This document shows positions 20,617 to 30,446 of a DNA stretch of 64,000 nt, piece after piece. Made by a program: the position numbers and the translations under genes. Source of the stretch: an uncultured virus (IMG/VR IMGVR_UViG_3300034062_003925) (taxonomy: Duplodnaviria; Heunggongvirae; Uroviricota; Caudoviricetes); IMG/VR virus record IMGVR_UViG_3300034062_003925, positions 1-64,000 of that record; one strand, given 5' to 3'. Positions within the stretch are counted from its first letter, which is position 1. Each line of letters starts with the position of its first letter. Below the pieces are notes generated by a model, which worked only from the letters and a program-made list of their open reading frames with translations, did no database searches and was not told the origin of the DNA.

Positions 20617-23151
20617 ATGGGATTTATAATAAAAAATACTGCAGGGTTAATTAATACAAGATTAACCGATATTGGACGAGAAAAATTGTCACAAGGAAAT
20701 TTTAACATCTCCTATTTCCAAGTTGGAGATAGTGAGGTCTCATACAATACCTTACCAACAAGTTATAATCAATTTGATACTGTAATATTAGAGCCGAGCT
20801 TCAATGCTCAAAATTCAAGTGGGATTCCAGAATCAAATAAAAGTAATGTAAAATATCCTTATTATGTTGATGGGAGAGCGGGTAATACTTATGGAATTCC
20901 TTTTATGGATTCTCAAGTAAGTCCTGTATTTAATAGAGCGGTAATGAGAGGGTTCTTTACTGGTAACACAAGTGCTGAGACAATTAGTTGGAGTGCGTTA
21001 ACTAACAATTTTTACGCTATCAATGCTAACTACGTTGTTCAGATGAACTCATTAGTTGGAACCAATAAAATTACTCTTATTAGTAATCCAAGTAATCCTG
21101 ATTCAGTTAGAGAGCCTGCTATTGGAGATATTATCACAATTTATTATGATGGTAAAGGTATGGATAATTGTATTTGTTTAAATCTCCCGACACCGACACC
21201 AACACCAACAATCTCAGTGACGCCTTCGGTAAGTCCTCAAAGTGGTTCAACACCAACACCTACGCCAACATCATCTAATTCGTTCCCTTGTGATTCACCA
21301 ACACCTACTCCTACACCGTCTAAAACTCCTTGTTTAACACCGTCAACAAGTAGAGCATGTCCACTACCATCACCACCTGATTGTTTGGTTGATATGAGTA
21401 GTTGTTACTCAATGTTAACATATAAAATTGTTAACATTTGTTTGGGTGAGATAACATTAGATAGACCTACACCTAATTTTATAAATGTAACAAGCGTTTG
21501 TTATGGTAGAGTGATAGTTTATCCTCCTAACATGACAACGATATACGATAGTATTACACCTAGCCGTCATTGGAATGACAATGTCATTAATTTTGAATCA
21601 GTTTGTTATACTGACGAGTTTGATGTTAAAGTTTGGAATATGAATATTCCATGGTCAGAAAATCCTGCAGGTCTAATCTCATCAATCAGTAAAGACTATA
21701 CTAATTTTGGTTCTGTCGCTTACTTAGGGGCTAAAGAATACTTTGGATATGCGTCAAGTAGTGGACAAACAGATAGTAGTTCAGTGTATTATTTTAACTC
21801 TTTTGGAGATAAAATTAATGTGTTACCTGAACAACAAAAGGCGATTGGAATTATCCATTATACAAACCAAACGGTGGATTTATTCTACGGTGAAAAATTT
21901 GCATTGGAACCATTTGACCCATCAAATCCTGCTGATACTACGGGAGAGGCGAGAAACTTTAAAGTACATATCCCTTGGTTAATGTGGCATAAAAATCCTG
22001 ATTGTTGTAATGGTCAAACATTTTGGGTTGACCCTCCAGGATTTGAAGATTTAAATCTTTTCCAAGTTCAATACCTTCAGTCAACTAAGAATGTTGATAT
22101 GAATAACCCTGGTATGAGATATTACCATCTATGGGACACAAACGCAAATGCTAACGGTATTCCTAATAGAGTTGGTAAAGTATTCCCTGATGATAAGTTG
22201 GTTATTATTGATGATGAGGAAATCATTGCAGCAATGTCCTACAAATCAAATAGAAATTGGACAATACCATCACCTAAGATATCATTAATTACTCCAAACA
22301 CTTGTGGTAACGATAGTTCAACAGTTACGGGTATATTAACAGGTTTAACAGAATCGTTGTATGTCACATATAGATTAAGTAATACAGATTTATTTACCGA
22401 TTCATTACATTGTAATTATTATTCGTTTATTCAAGGACCTAATATTGATTGTACTACGATTACATCCCAAAATGTTGCGGTTAGATTCGGTGGGGAATTT
22501 GGTTGTTTAAATCAATCTTATTATCCTACAACGACTACAACAACAAGTTATAATCCTACAACGACTACAACAACAATTTATAATCCTGTAACTACAACAA
22601 CAACATCAATATGTCCGATATACTGTGACGTAACTCAAGGATTCTTGGCTAATAAATTTGAGATTCTTTGTCAAAAAGTTGTTGGTAATGAGAGACCTAA
22701 CTCTTCTGAGTGGGTTGCTATTGATTTCACAAGTCAGTTATCATCAACAATGGTTAATGGTTATATCACCCAAGAAGGGTTGACGGGTAATACATTTGTT
22801 ATCACCCAACAAGAGTATGACAATGCTCCGGCATATAACTTAAACACTTACATTCCATTAACACCTGTAGGATATACAGGAACTTCTTTGAATTTTGGTG
22901 ATGAGTATTATTTCTATGGTTCTTTGGAAACTGACATCCAAGCAACTATCTATGAAATGAAATATAAGATTAATTTAGGTCAAGCGGAATTTCAAACAAC
23001 ATCGAATCCGACATGGACAAGTGGTAAACCTACTTTCGTAAGTGAAATAGGGCTTTACGATTCGAACAAAAATCTTATGATTATATCAAAAATGCAATCA
23101 CCCGTTTTAAGACAAGGTATTCAGCAGTTTTTGATTAAATTCGATATTTAA
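20617..23151 (+). CDS. Tail collar/fibre-attachment protein (DUF3751-like termini) with PT- and Thr-rich inserts
   Basis: N-terminal LTDIGREKLSQG..ISYFQVGD and C-terminal VSEIGLYD...LMIISK resemble the tail-collar fibre domain. Internal PTPTPTP and YNPTTTTTT repeats. Confidence 0.6.
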   Translation: MGFIIKNTAGLINTRLTDIGREKLSQGNFNISYFQVGDSEVSYNTLPTSYNQFDTVILEPSFNAQNSSGIPESNKSNVKYPYYVDGRAGNTYGIPFMDSQVSPVFNRAVMRGFFTGNTSAETISWSALTNNFYAINANYVVQMNSLVGTNKITLISNPSNPDSVREPAIGDIITIYYDGKGMDNCICLNLPTPTPTPTISVTPSVSPQSGSTPTPTPTSSNSFPCDSPTPTPTPSKTPCLTPSTSRACPLPSPPDCLVDMSSCYSMLTYKIVNICLGEITLDRPTPNFINVTSVCYGRVIVYPPNMTTIYDSITPSRHWNDNVINFESVCYTDEFDVKVWNMNIPWSENPAGLISSISKDYTNFGSVAYLGAKEYFGYASSSGQTDSSSVYYFNSFGDKINVLPEQQKAIGIIHYTNQTVDLFYGEKFALEPFDPSNPADTTGEARNFKVHIPWLMWHKNPDCCNGQTFWVDPPGFEDLNLFQVQYLQSTKNVDMNNPGMRYYHLWDTNANANGIPNRVGKVFPDDKLVIIDDEEIIAAMSYKSNRNWTIPSPKISLITPNTCGNDSSTVTGILTGLTESLYVTYRLSNTDLFTDSLHCNYYSFIQGPNIDCTTITSQNVAVRFGGEFGCLNQSYYPTTTTTTSYNPTTTTTTIYNPVTTTTTSICPIYCDVTQGFLANKFEILCQKVVGNERPNSSEWVAIDFTSQLSSTMVNGYITQEGLTGNTFVITQQEYDNAPAYNLNTYIPLTPVGYTGTSLNFGDEYYFYGSLETDIQATIYEMKYKINLGQAEFQTTSNPTWTSGKPTFVSEIGLYDSNKNLMIISKMQSPVLRQGIQQFLIKFDI
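22519..22608 (+). repeat. Three tandem 30-bp units encoding Y(Y/N)P(T/V)TTTTT(S/I)
   Basis: tattatcctacaacgactacaacaacaagt / tataatcctacaacgactacaacaacaatt / tataatcctgtaactacaacaacaacatca. Confidence 0.9.
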
Positions 23152-23154
23152 CAT

Positions 23155-23757
23155 ATGAAAAAATCTATTAAAGAAAGTCCTAAGGTTCTTGGACTTGATG
23201 TATCGACCCGAACGATTGGATGGGCGTTATTTGACATTGGGAACCAAGAGTTACTTGAGCTTACACACATATCACCTATACCAAAGCCAAAGGAAGATAA
23301 TAAAATAAAAGAATTACTTCTTAAGAGTGAAATCTTTAAAACCAAACTTTTAGATTATAAAGGATTGGGTATTACAAAGGTTATCATTGAGGAACCTTTA
23401 ATGAATAGTAATAATGTGTACACCATACAAACGTTGTTAAGATTCAATACATTAGTTACCAAACAAATCTATGATGTATTAGGTATTGTGCCCGACTATA
23501 TCTCAACATACAACTCAAGAAAATTTGCTTTCCCTGAATTAGTTAGAGAGAATGACAAAGGTAAACATGTGTTATTCGGAGGATTACCAAAAGACATTGA
23601 TAAGAAACAAATCATTTGGGATTTAGTTGCCAAAAGAGAACCACAAATTGTTTGGAGTTATACAAAAAACAATACTCTTAAGAAAGAGAATTTTGACCAA
23701 TCAGATGCTTATTGTTGTGTTCTTGGTTTTATGAATCAAGAAGGTCTTTGGAGGTAA
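23155..23757 (+). CDS. ruvC: RuvC-like Holliday junction resolvase
   Basis: RNase H-fold acidic motifs VLGLDVSTRTIGW, VIIEEP and FDQSDAYC. Confidence 0.8.
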   Translation: MKKSIKESPKVLGLDVSTRTIGWALFDIGNQELLELTHISPIPKPKEDNKIKELLLKSEIFKTKLLDYKGLGITKVIIEEPLMNSNNVYTIQTLLRFNTLVTKQIYDVLGIVPDYISTYNSRKFAFPELVRENDKGKHVLFGGLPKDIDKKQIIWDLVAKREPQIVWSYTKNNTLKKENFDQSDAYCCVLGFMNQEGLWR

Positions 23758-23783
23758 TATCGGTTAAGTGAATTATAAATTGG

Positions 23784-23814
23784 AATATCGTCTTTTTAGA
23801 CGATATTTTTTTTT
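23784..23814. terminator. Intrinsic terminator between convergent genes
   Basis: aatatcgtct-tttt-agacgatatt perfect 10-bp stem followed by a T run. Confidence 0.85.
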
Positions 23815-23818
23815 AGGG

Positions 23819-24046
23819 TTAACAATTAAATATTTCAAATCGCTCACACCCATCATCAGTTATTATTTTAATCCCAACTGCTGGTGCCGTATTAAATTGA
23901 GGTGGAAGAAAAATTGTATTTGTTGGTGGAACAGTTGTTACAATAGTTGCGATTATTACACAGTTATTACCGTATACATCACAAGCGTAAATCGAATACG
24001 GAATTGTTATACTACCTGTTATGACTGTTAATTCTATTGATGTCAT
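23819..24046 (-). CDS. Small Cys-containing putative virion protein (paralog of 26035..26253)
   Basis: Shares ITG..P..Y.CD....C..I.TI...KI...C with 26035..26253. Confidence 0.65.
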   Translation of the reverse strand: MTSIELTVITGSITIPYSIYACDVYGNNCVIIATIVTTVPPTNTIFLPPQFNTAPAVGIKIITDDGCERFEIFNC

Positions 24047-24055
24047 TTCTTTATA

Positions 24056-26038
24056 TTATGATGAACATGATGCACAATTACCAAGTAATGTTACGGTTAT
24101 TATGTTAGTTGAACTATTAATGAATGGTGTTGTTAATGAACAGAATGGTAGTGTTGTTGTGTAATCATTAATTACCATAACCTGTCCTAAGTTATCGCAA
24201 TCAATGTAACTCATATATACTGAGGAGAATTCTGAACCTTGTCCATTTATAGGACCACCATTTGATACTGTATAACAATTACATGTTAATGGTGGACATA
24301 CATCATTAGAACATATATCAAGTTTTGTAATACTATATGGGTTTAAACTAGTTGTTGTTGGTAATGTTAAAGAACAAACATATGTTGGTATTGTTTTTTG
24401 GCTTATTGCACTTGTTCCCAACCCATTACAATCAAAATAATTAAATATTGTTTGTGCATTCGCAATTAATTCGTAACAAAAACAAGGTGTTCCACTTGGA
24501 GTTGGTGTCATTGTTGGGGTTGGAGTTGGTGTAGGACTTGGTATTACAACACATGAAACACATTCACCTAAGTTAGAATAACCTGTTGGACCTTCAACTA
24601 ATTCAATTGTATTAACACCAATAATATTATCGTTTATACCTACAAATGAAATACACTTAAGTACATCGTCAACATATGCTTTAAAAATCATGAACTCAGT
24701 TAAAGTACCTCCAGAAGGAGTTGGTACTAATTCTGTTGTGTAATACATCATACCTGTAACACAGTCTTGGAATTGTTTACTACTTGGACAACCAATATGA
24801 CCATCAAGTGTGGTAAAAGAAACGTCACCCAATACATTACAAGGTCTTATTATGATGGGTGATGATGATGGTGTTACTGTTGGAGTTGGAGTAGGTGTCG
24901 GGCTATAAGTATCGATTGTTGCGTCAACACCAACCATTGAACAATAATTTGTTGAACTTGGTGTTACGGTCATTGTTGGGGTGATAGATGGTGTTGGGGT
25001 TGGTGATGGGGTTGGTTCTGCCATACAATCAAATATTGCATCAAAATCAAAATTTATACAGGCGGCAGTTGTTGTTGTGGTTGTTGGACACGACCCCGAA
25101 AAGAAAATTTCTTCACATAAGTCAGGACAGATTGAAAAACACGGTGATTTACCTGATAGTTTAGGTTCACCACCTAAACTGTCTGATAAACACCATTGTT
25201 TATCTATTGTGTTATAGTAGATAAACCAAAGTCCTGAACCACTAATCCAATAGGAATAACCATCATAGTTACCGTCTAAGGTGTAGTTATCGTCATATTC
25301 GTTACCTGTGTTGGTTATACAATAAGCAGGACAAGGGCCGCAAACTTCTGTAGTTGAACAAGGGCCTAAATCGGTAACAGTAGTTGATTGATTTGTTTTT
25401 AATGGTAATTCTACGGAACAAATATAGTTATTTAACCCATAAAAAGTTTGGCCAGATGGGTTTCCGTCACAATCAACATAAGACACGTAATCACCGGCCT
25501 CATCTACTACATCTATTTGGTAACATTTACAACAAGGAACACAACCCACTCCCTTTGTTACCCATGATGTAAGACAGGCTGTACAATTGTTAAATAACAA
25601 TGAATATTCTAAATAAACTTGGTTACCTAAAGCGTTTAGAATGTTACTTTCAATACTAACAAATGTGTAACAACCTTTAACTAAGGTGTTGTTGATAGTA
25701 CAATCGTTAGCATTTGTTAATTCGGTTACGCAAATAGTATTACCTGTTTGTCCTGATGTAAGGGTTGTGGTATCACCTAAAATATAAAAAACATCATTTG
25801 TGCAACAACTACTAAATGAGAACGCTCGGGTATTTCCAGAGTATGTTGTTACATTGGTAAAGGCTGGATTTGGGACAAAAGTTGTTGAATCGGCGGTTAT
25901 ATAGTATTTGGTACTTCCACTAGGAAGAGTATCACCACTAAGAACAGTTACGCTACACGGATTACCATTACAATCTGTGAAATTTTGGGTTATTGGTGAA
26001 GATGTTGCATTAGTTAATCTATAGGAATAACAACTCAT
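24056..26038 (-). CDS. Very Cys-rich, PT-rich repeat protein (660 aa), putative fibre/decoration protein
   Basis: Four C.CY...(Y/F).DC.G-type modules (some degenerate), three PTPSPTPT tracts and one poly-Thr tract. Confidence 0.65.
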   Translation of the reverse strand: MSCYSYRLTNATSSPITQNFTDCNGNPCSVTVLSGDTLPSGSTKYYITADSTTFVPNPAFTNVTTYSGNTRAFSFSSCCTNDVFYILGDTTTLTSGQTGNTICVTELTNANDCTINNTLVKGCYTFVSIESNILNALGNQVYLEYSLLFNNCTACLTSWVTKGVGCVPCCKCYQIDVVDEAGDYVSYVDCDGNPSGQTFYGLNNYICSVELPLKTNQSTTVTDLGPCSTTEVCGPCPAYCITNTGNEYDDNYTLDGNYDGYSYWISGSGLWFIYYNTIDKQWCLSDSLGGEPKLSGKSPCFSICPDLCEEIFFSGSCPTTTTTTAACINFDFDAIFDCMAEPTPSPTPTPSITPTMTVTPSSTNYCSMVGVDATIDTYSPTPTPTPTVTPSSSPIIIRPCNVLGDVSFTTLDGHIGCPSSKQFQDCVTGMMYYTTELVPTPSGGTLTEFMIFKAYVDDVLKCISFVGINDNIIGVNTIELVEGPTGYSNLGECVSCVVIPSPTPTPTPTMTPTPSGTPCFCYELIANAQTIFNYFDCNGLGTSAISQKTIPTYVCSLTLPTTTSLNPYSITKLDICSNDVCPPLTCNCYTVSNGGPINGQGSEFSSVYMSYIDCDNLGQVMVINDYTTTLPFCSLTTPFINSSTNIITVTLLGNCASCSS

Positions 26039-26253
26039 AATAAACTTAGGTTTTCAATTACAGTACAATTATTGTTATCAACAATTTTTAAATTAAAGTC
26101 GTTTTGACTTGATATTATGGATGGAATTTCGAATACATATGGTGTTGACGAAATTGTGTCAATATATATACATGTTGTAATCGGATTATCACATAAATAA
26201 ACATCAAATGGTGACGACCCCGTAATTGTGTTGATTGTAATGTCTGTGGGCAT
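26035..26253 (-). CDS. Small Cys-containing putative virion protein (paralog of 23819..24046)
   Basis: Likely start MPTDITINTITGSSPFDVYLCD at 26253, with a TATTTAT motif 14 nt upstream. Confidence 0.65.
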   Translation of the reverse strand: MPTDITINTITGSSPFDVYLCDNPITTCIYIDTISSTPYVFEIPSIISSQNDFNLKIVDNNNCTVIENLSLL

Positions 26254-26335
26254 TTTATTCTTTTTAGATAAATATAATGAACCTATAAAACTTGTGAAGA
26301 TTGACAACTATTATTATATTTCTTATTTTTAATCC

Positions 26336-27235
26336 ATGTCTGATGATAAAGAAATACTATTAGAGATTTTACACGAAATTTTGGGTGACCCTGAAAAAGT
26401 CTATGATTCAAAATTGCAATACGGATATAATTGTCCCGAATGTGGTTTAGAAGAGAGGAAAGGTAATTTAGAAGTTTCGTTAGAAAAACATTTGTTTCAT
26501 TGTTGGGCGTGTGGAGACATAAATGGGACTCACGGAACTCTTGGTAAGTTGATTGATAAGTATGGTAATAAAAAACAAAAGAAAATTTACAACCTACTTC
26601 AACCCGAAGAACAAAAACCAAAAGAAAAACAAAAAAACAAATTAAAATTACCTGAAGGATTTACCCAATTTAAAGATAGTAGTTTGGTATATCCTATTCG
26701 TAGACAGGCATATAATTATTTAATTAAGCGTGGAATTACTGATAATATTATTGAGAAGTATGGTATAGGTTTTTGTGATAAGGGTTCGTTCTCAGGTAGG
26801 ATTATAATCCCATCTTATAATAATAAGAATCAATTAAATTATTTTATTGCCAGAAGTTGGGACCCAAATAGTCGTGCCAAATACAAAAACCCTGAGTGTC
26901 CTAAAGATGAGATAATTTTTTTTGAGAATATGATTAATTGGGATGAAGACATTTATCTTTGTGAGGGTGCGTTTGATGCGATATTTCTACCAAATAGTAT
27001 CGCTATGTTGGGTAAACATATGTCTGACTTATTATTAACCACTTTATATGAGAAAGCAAACGGTAATATCGTTCTTTGTTTGGATAGTGATGCGTTCCAA
27101 GATGCGGTTAAACTATATCATAATTTAAATGGGGGTAGATTATACGGTAAAATTAAAATAATAAAATTAACAGGTGATTCTGATGTTGCTGATTTAAAGG
27201 GGCAGATTGATGATTACTATATAACAATAAGATAA
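26336..27235 (+). CDS. dnaG: DNA primase (Zn-binding + TOPRIM)
   Basis: CPEC...FHCWAC Zn ribbon, YLIKRGI, GRIIIP, KYKNP, LCEGAFDA and LCLDSDA. Confidence 0.92.
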   Translation: MSDDKEILLEILHEILGDPEKVYDSKLQYGYNCPECGLEERKGNLEVSLEKHLFHCWACGDINGTHGTLGKLIDKYGNKKQKKIYNLLQPEEQKPKEKQKNKLKLPEGFTQFKDSSLVYPIRRQAYNYLIKRGITDNIIEKYGIGFCDKGSFSGRIIIPSYNNKNQLNYFIARSWDPNSRAKYKNPECPKDEIIFFENMINWDEDIYLCEGAFDAIFLPNSIAMLGKHMSDLLLTTLYEKANGNIVLCLDSDAFQDAVKLYHNLNGGRLYGKIKIIKLTGDSDVADLKGQIDDYYITIR

Positions 27236-28092
27236 TGGATTTAAATAAGACTGCGAACGAGATTCGTGACATATTACAAAAAAGAAGAGAAGAGTTAGAA
27301 TTAACATTTGTTGAAGATACTCACACCTATTATATGAAGGATGAAACCGGAGTAATCCGAAGTGATTATCCATCTGTTAGTAAGGTGATGAAATATTTTT
27401 ACGAAGAGTTTGATAGTGAAGGTATTTCATTAAAGAAGGCTAAGGGAGACCCCGAAGTTCAACGACAATTACTTGATGAATGGAAAGCTGCTGGAGATTA
27501 TTCAACCAATATGGGAAGTAGGGTTCATTACCTGTTGGAAAAGAAAACTATTGAAATGTTTGGTTCTTATAAAGAAGTAAGACAACCCATTTTTGAGTGT
27601 GATTTTACCCAAATACTTAAAAGTGACTCTATGGTTTCTGCCGGAACTGATTATTTGAATCTTATGGTTGAAAGAGGGGCGGTTTTACTTGATACGGAGA
27701 TTGTATTAGGTGACCCAGAACTGGCCTACACTGGACAACCTGACAAGGTATGGTTAATTATGAATAAGGAAAAAACTGAGGTTGGTTTAATGATAACAGA
27801 TTGGAAAAGTAATAAAAAAAAGAACTTTGAAGAGAGTCATTTTACGACAAGAATGAAATATCCCTTCCAAAAACACCCAAACAATGCTTTAGGGCATTAT
27901 TTTACACAATTACCGTTTTATGGGAAATTATTACTTAAAATGTTACAAGGTTCCAAATATGAGAATATCAAACTTTATGGTTGTATTATAGTTCTTGTTA
28001 AAGACACTGGTGACTATGAGGAATTCCGAGTTCCAAAAGAAGTTCAACAAACCATAATGGATATGGATATGAAAAAGTATTTGACTAAGTAA
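27235..28092 (+). CDS. PD-(D/E)XK exonuclease (Cas4/RecB-like)
   Basis: YPSVS, GSRVH, GQPDK, ITDWKS and YFTQLPFY motifs. Confidence 0.8.
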   Translation: MDLNKTANEIRDILQKRREELELTFVEDTHTYYMKDETGVIRSDYPSVSKVMKYFYEEFDSEGISLKKAKGDPEVQRQLLDEWKAAGDYSTNMGSRVHYLLEKKTIEMFGSYKEVRQPIFECDFTQILKSDSMVSAGTDYLNLMVERGAVLLDTEIVLGDPELAYTGQPDKVWLIMNKEKTEVGLMITDWKSNKKKNFEESHFTTRMKYPFQKHPNNALGHYFTQLPFYGKLLLKMLQGSKYENIKLYGCIIVLVKDTGDYEEFRVPKEVQQTIMDMDMKKYLTK

Positions 28093-28109
28093 AACCAAAT
28101 GACTATATT
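28081..28109 (+). promoter_or_regulatory. Sigma70-like promoter TTGACT-N17-TATATT
   Basis: Seen directly. Similar arrangements occur at 26292-26320 (TTGTGA-N17-TATATT), 42161-42189 (TTTACT-N17-TACTTT) and 57332-57360 (TTTATT-N17-TATATT), each ahead of non-structural genes. Confidence 0.5.
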
Positions 28110-28114
28110 TTAGT

Positions 28115-28207
28115 ATGGAAAATGATATAACAATTACGTGGGTATATACCACAACTTGGGATAATAATTTCTCAAAAGGATTAAAAATAAATTATATAAT
28201 TAAATAA
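28115..28207 (+). CDS. Possible 30-aa peptide (MENDITITWVYTTTWDNNFSKGLKINYIIK)
   Basis: Fills the gap between the promoter and the next gene. The ATG lies a few nt after the -10 box. Confidence 0.35.
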   Translation: MENDITITWVYTTTWDNNFSKGLKINYIIK

Positions 28208-28208
28208 G

Positions 28209-28418
28209 ATGGACGATATTTTAAAACCAAAAATTGACCTAAAACAACAACCAACGGTTGAGTGTGAGAAATGTAACTCAAAATACTTTAAAGAAGTTAT
28301 ATTGATAAAAAAAGTAAGTAAAATATTAACAGGTAGTTCAGAAGATACTCTTGTCCCATTTCCAACATATATGTGTAGTGGATGTGGTCATGTTAATCCT
28401 GAATTTGAATTATTCTAA
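28209..28418 (+). CDS. Small Zn-ribbon protein
   Basis: CEKC...CSGC. Confidence 0.7.
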   Translation: MDDILKPKIDLKQQPTVECEKCNSKYFKEVILIKKVSKILTGSSEDTLVPFPTYMCSGCGHVNPEFELF

Positions 28419-28433
28419 ATTTTAATATGTAAA

Positions 28434-28673
28434 ATGATAAATCACAAACAATTTTATAGTTGGTTAGAGGGTTACTTATACGGTAAACTTGAAAATAAAC
28501 ACATCGACATTACCCCGATAGTTGAAAAAATGGGGGAGGTGAAAGATGACTTTGACCTTGAGAAATTCTCTAAATTGTCAAAAACTCAACAACAATATTT
28601 TAATCCTATCTCAGTACCTTTAACAACTAAGGACGATGATGATTTAGGTAGACCACCAAAAATAGTGATGTAA
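28434..28673 (+). CDS. Hypothetical protein
   Basis: Clean ORF in the operon. Confidence 0.6.
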   Translation: MINHKQFYSWLEGYLYGKLENKHIDITPIVEKMGEVKDDFDLEKFSKLSKTQQQYFNPISVPLTTKDDDDLGRPPKIVM

Positions 28674-28720
28674 TATGAATCAATGATTTGATTGATAAAA
28701 GAAAATAAATAATAAAAAAT

Positions 28721-29671
28721 ATGAAATTAAAAGAATTTTTAGAAGTAGCTTTAATTAGTAAAAAAGATAATCCAATGTTAACCAATGACAAGTTTACTGA
28801 TGAGACTTGTTTTTATGGTAATGAATTGGATAAATATAAAAACATAATTAAAGAATGTGATGAATTTGCTAAATGCGATTCGTTAGATATTTTAACGATG
28901 CCGTTGGTTAAAGGTAAAAATGGCGAAATTTACACAACTAACACTATTAAACTTTCTGATTTAACAGAATTTAAAGGTAGATGTTATCTATTATCGTTAG
29001 GTTTAACTCCTGAAATGTATGACCCAAGTCGATTACTTAAACCTGTTAAGAATGGTGCTGCTATGGGTCCGACAATTTATGATATTGACACATTTGAACC
29101 AAGAAAACATATTTTATTAACTTGGTCACCTGAAATGGCTCAAGACGTGTCTGGTGCTAATGATGAATTAACATTAAGAAATGACATTCATAAGTTATTG
29201 GATGATGTTTTGGATAACCCTGAAGAATACAAAACTAAAGGACTTAGAGGTGTTTTGGTAAGAGGGTTATTTGAGGTGATAGACAACAATGATGGGTCTG
29301 AAATTAACAGAAACGTTTATGGTGTAGATTTAACTGTGAATAAACCTGAAGATGTTGGTTATAAAGTATTTTATTTAGAAACAAATGTGATTAAACCTGG
29401 TGAAATTGAATTGAGGTTAAATAATAAAATTATCCCATCACATTTAAAAGATAAATTTATTGATGAGGTTGGAACTGACCCTAAGATAATCACTGAGAAA
29501 ATAATTGATGAGTTTTTGGAAAATCAAGGGATTAATCGTTATACGGGTAGACTTGCGGAAATATTAAAAAAAGGTAAGGAAGTTGAAGACAAGATTTATG
29601 AAGTTGAAAAATATCACAAAGAAGTGAAAAAAATGATGAAACTTAAAAAAGAAAGTAAAAAATATGATTAA
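28721..29671 (+). CDS. Hypothetical protein (316 aa)
   Basis: Long ORF coupled to sbcD. Confidence 0.65.
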   Translation: MKLKEFLEVALISKKDNPMLTNDKFTDETCFYGNELDKYKNIIKECDEFAKCDSLDILTMPLVKGKNGEIYTTNTIKLSDLTEFKGRCYLLSLGLTPEMYDPSRLLKPVKNGAAMGPTIYDIDTFEPRKHILLTWSPEMAQDVSGANDELTLRNDIHKLLDDVLDNPEEYKTKGLRGVLVRGLFEVIDNNDGSEINRNVYGVDLTVNKPEDVGYKVFYLETNVIKPGEIELRLNNKIIPSHLKDKFIDEVGTDPKIITEKIIDEFLENQGINRYTGRLAEILKKGKEVEDKIYEVEKYHKEVKKMMKLKKESKKYD

Positions 29672-30446
29672 GACCATTTGTCATTTTAGTGATTTACATC
29701 TAAAATTATTCAAAGACCACGACCTTTATAGGTTAATACTCAATGATATGTTAGAAAAATTTAGAGAGATTAAACCTTGTAGAATAGTCTTTACTGGTGA
29801 CCTACTTCACTCAAAAAATCAATTAAGTCCGGAAGTTATTGAAATCGCGTCTTGGGTATTAACGGAATGTTCTTTAATTGCTAAAACAATACTTATACCT
29901 GGAAATCATGATGCCTTAATTAATAATAATGATAGATTGGATAGTATAAGTCCTATTGTTGATAATTTGAATAATCCAAATATTGTTTATTACAAGAACA
30001 GAGGTGTCTATGAGGATGAAAATGTGTCTTGGTGTGTGTATTCACAATTTCAAGGGAATGTTCCTCCTGAAATTAATACGGCGGTTGGATTTAAGATTGG
30101 ATTGTTTCATGACCCGGTGGCGGGGTTAACTACGGATTTAGGTTTTGATTTTGGCTCACATGCTTATGATGTTGAAAAATTTAATGGGTTAGACCTTGTT
30201 CTATGTGGAGATGTTCATAAACGTTCTGTTTTTAACATCCCAAATGGTAAGAGGGGTGTCATGATAGGTTCATGTTTGCAACAAAATTTTGGGGAAACTG
30301 TTACTAAACACGGGTTCGGAATCTACAATTTAGAATCAGATGAATATTCATTTGTTGATTTACATAATCCAAAGCCGTATCTTTCATTTAAAATAAAATC
30401 ATTTGAGGATATTATAGATGGAAAAGAAAAACTCACAAATGTATAA
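29664..30446 (+). CDS. sbcD: SbcD/Mre11-like metallophosphoesterase nuclease (T4 gp47-like)
   Basis: HFSDLH, TGDLLH, PGNHD, LFH, LCGDVH and IGS..QQNFGE motifs. Confidence 0.9.
   Translation: MIKTICHFSDLHLKLFKDHDLYRLILNDMLEKFREIKPCRIVFTGDLLHSKNQLSPEVIEIASWVLTECSLIAKTILIPGNHDALINNNDRLDSISPIVDNLNNPNIVYYKNRGVYEDENVSWCVYSQFQGNVPPEINTAVGFKIGLFHDPVAGLTTDLGFDFGSHAYDVEKFNGLDLVLCGDVHKRSVFNIPNGKRGVMIGSCLQQNFGETVTKHGFGIYNLESDEYSFVDLHNPKPYLSFKIKSFEDIIDGKEKLTNV

Noticed and set aside
22519..22608. CRISPR-like 30-bp repeats
   Set aside because: The units are contiguous with no spacers and lie in frame within a CDS encoding Thr tracts. No cas operon is present, and 27235..28092 is a generic PD-(D/E)XK nuclease.
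23768..24031. Plus-strand 87-aa ORF
   Set aside because: It runs through a terminator and overlaps the minus-strand gene that has a clear paralog at 26035..26253.
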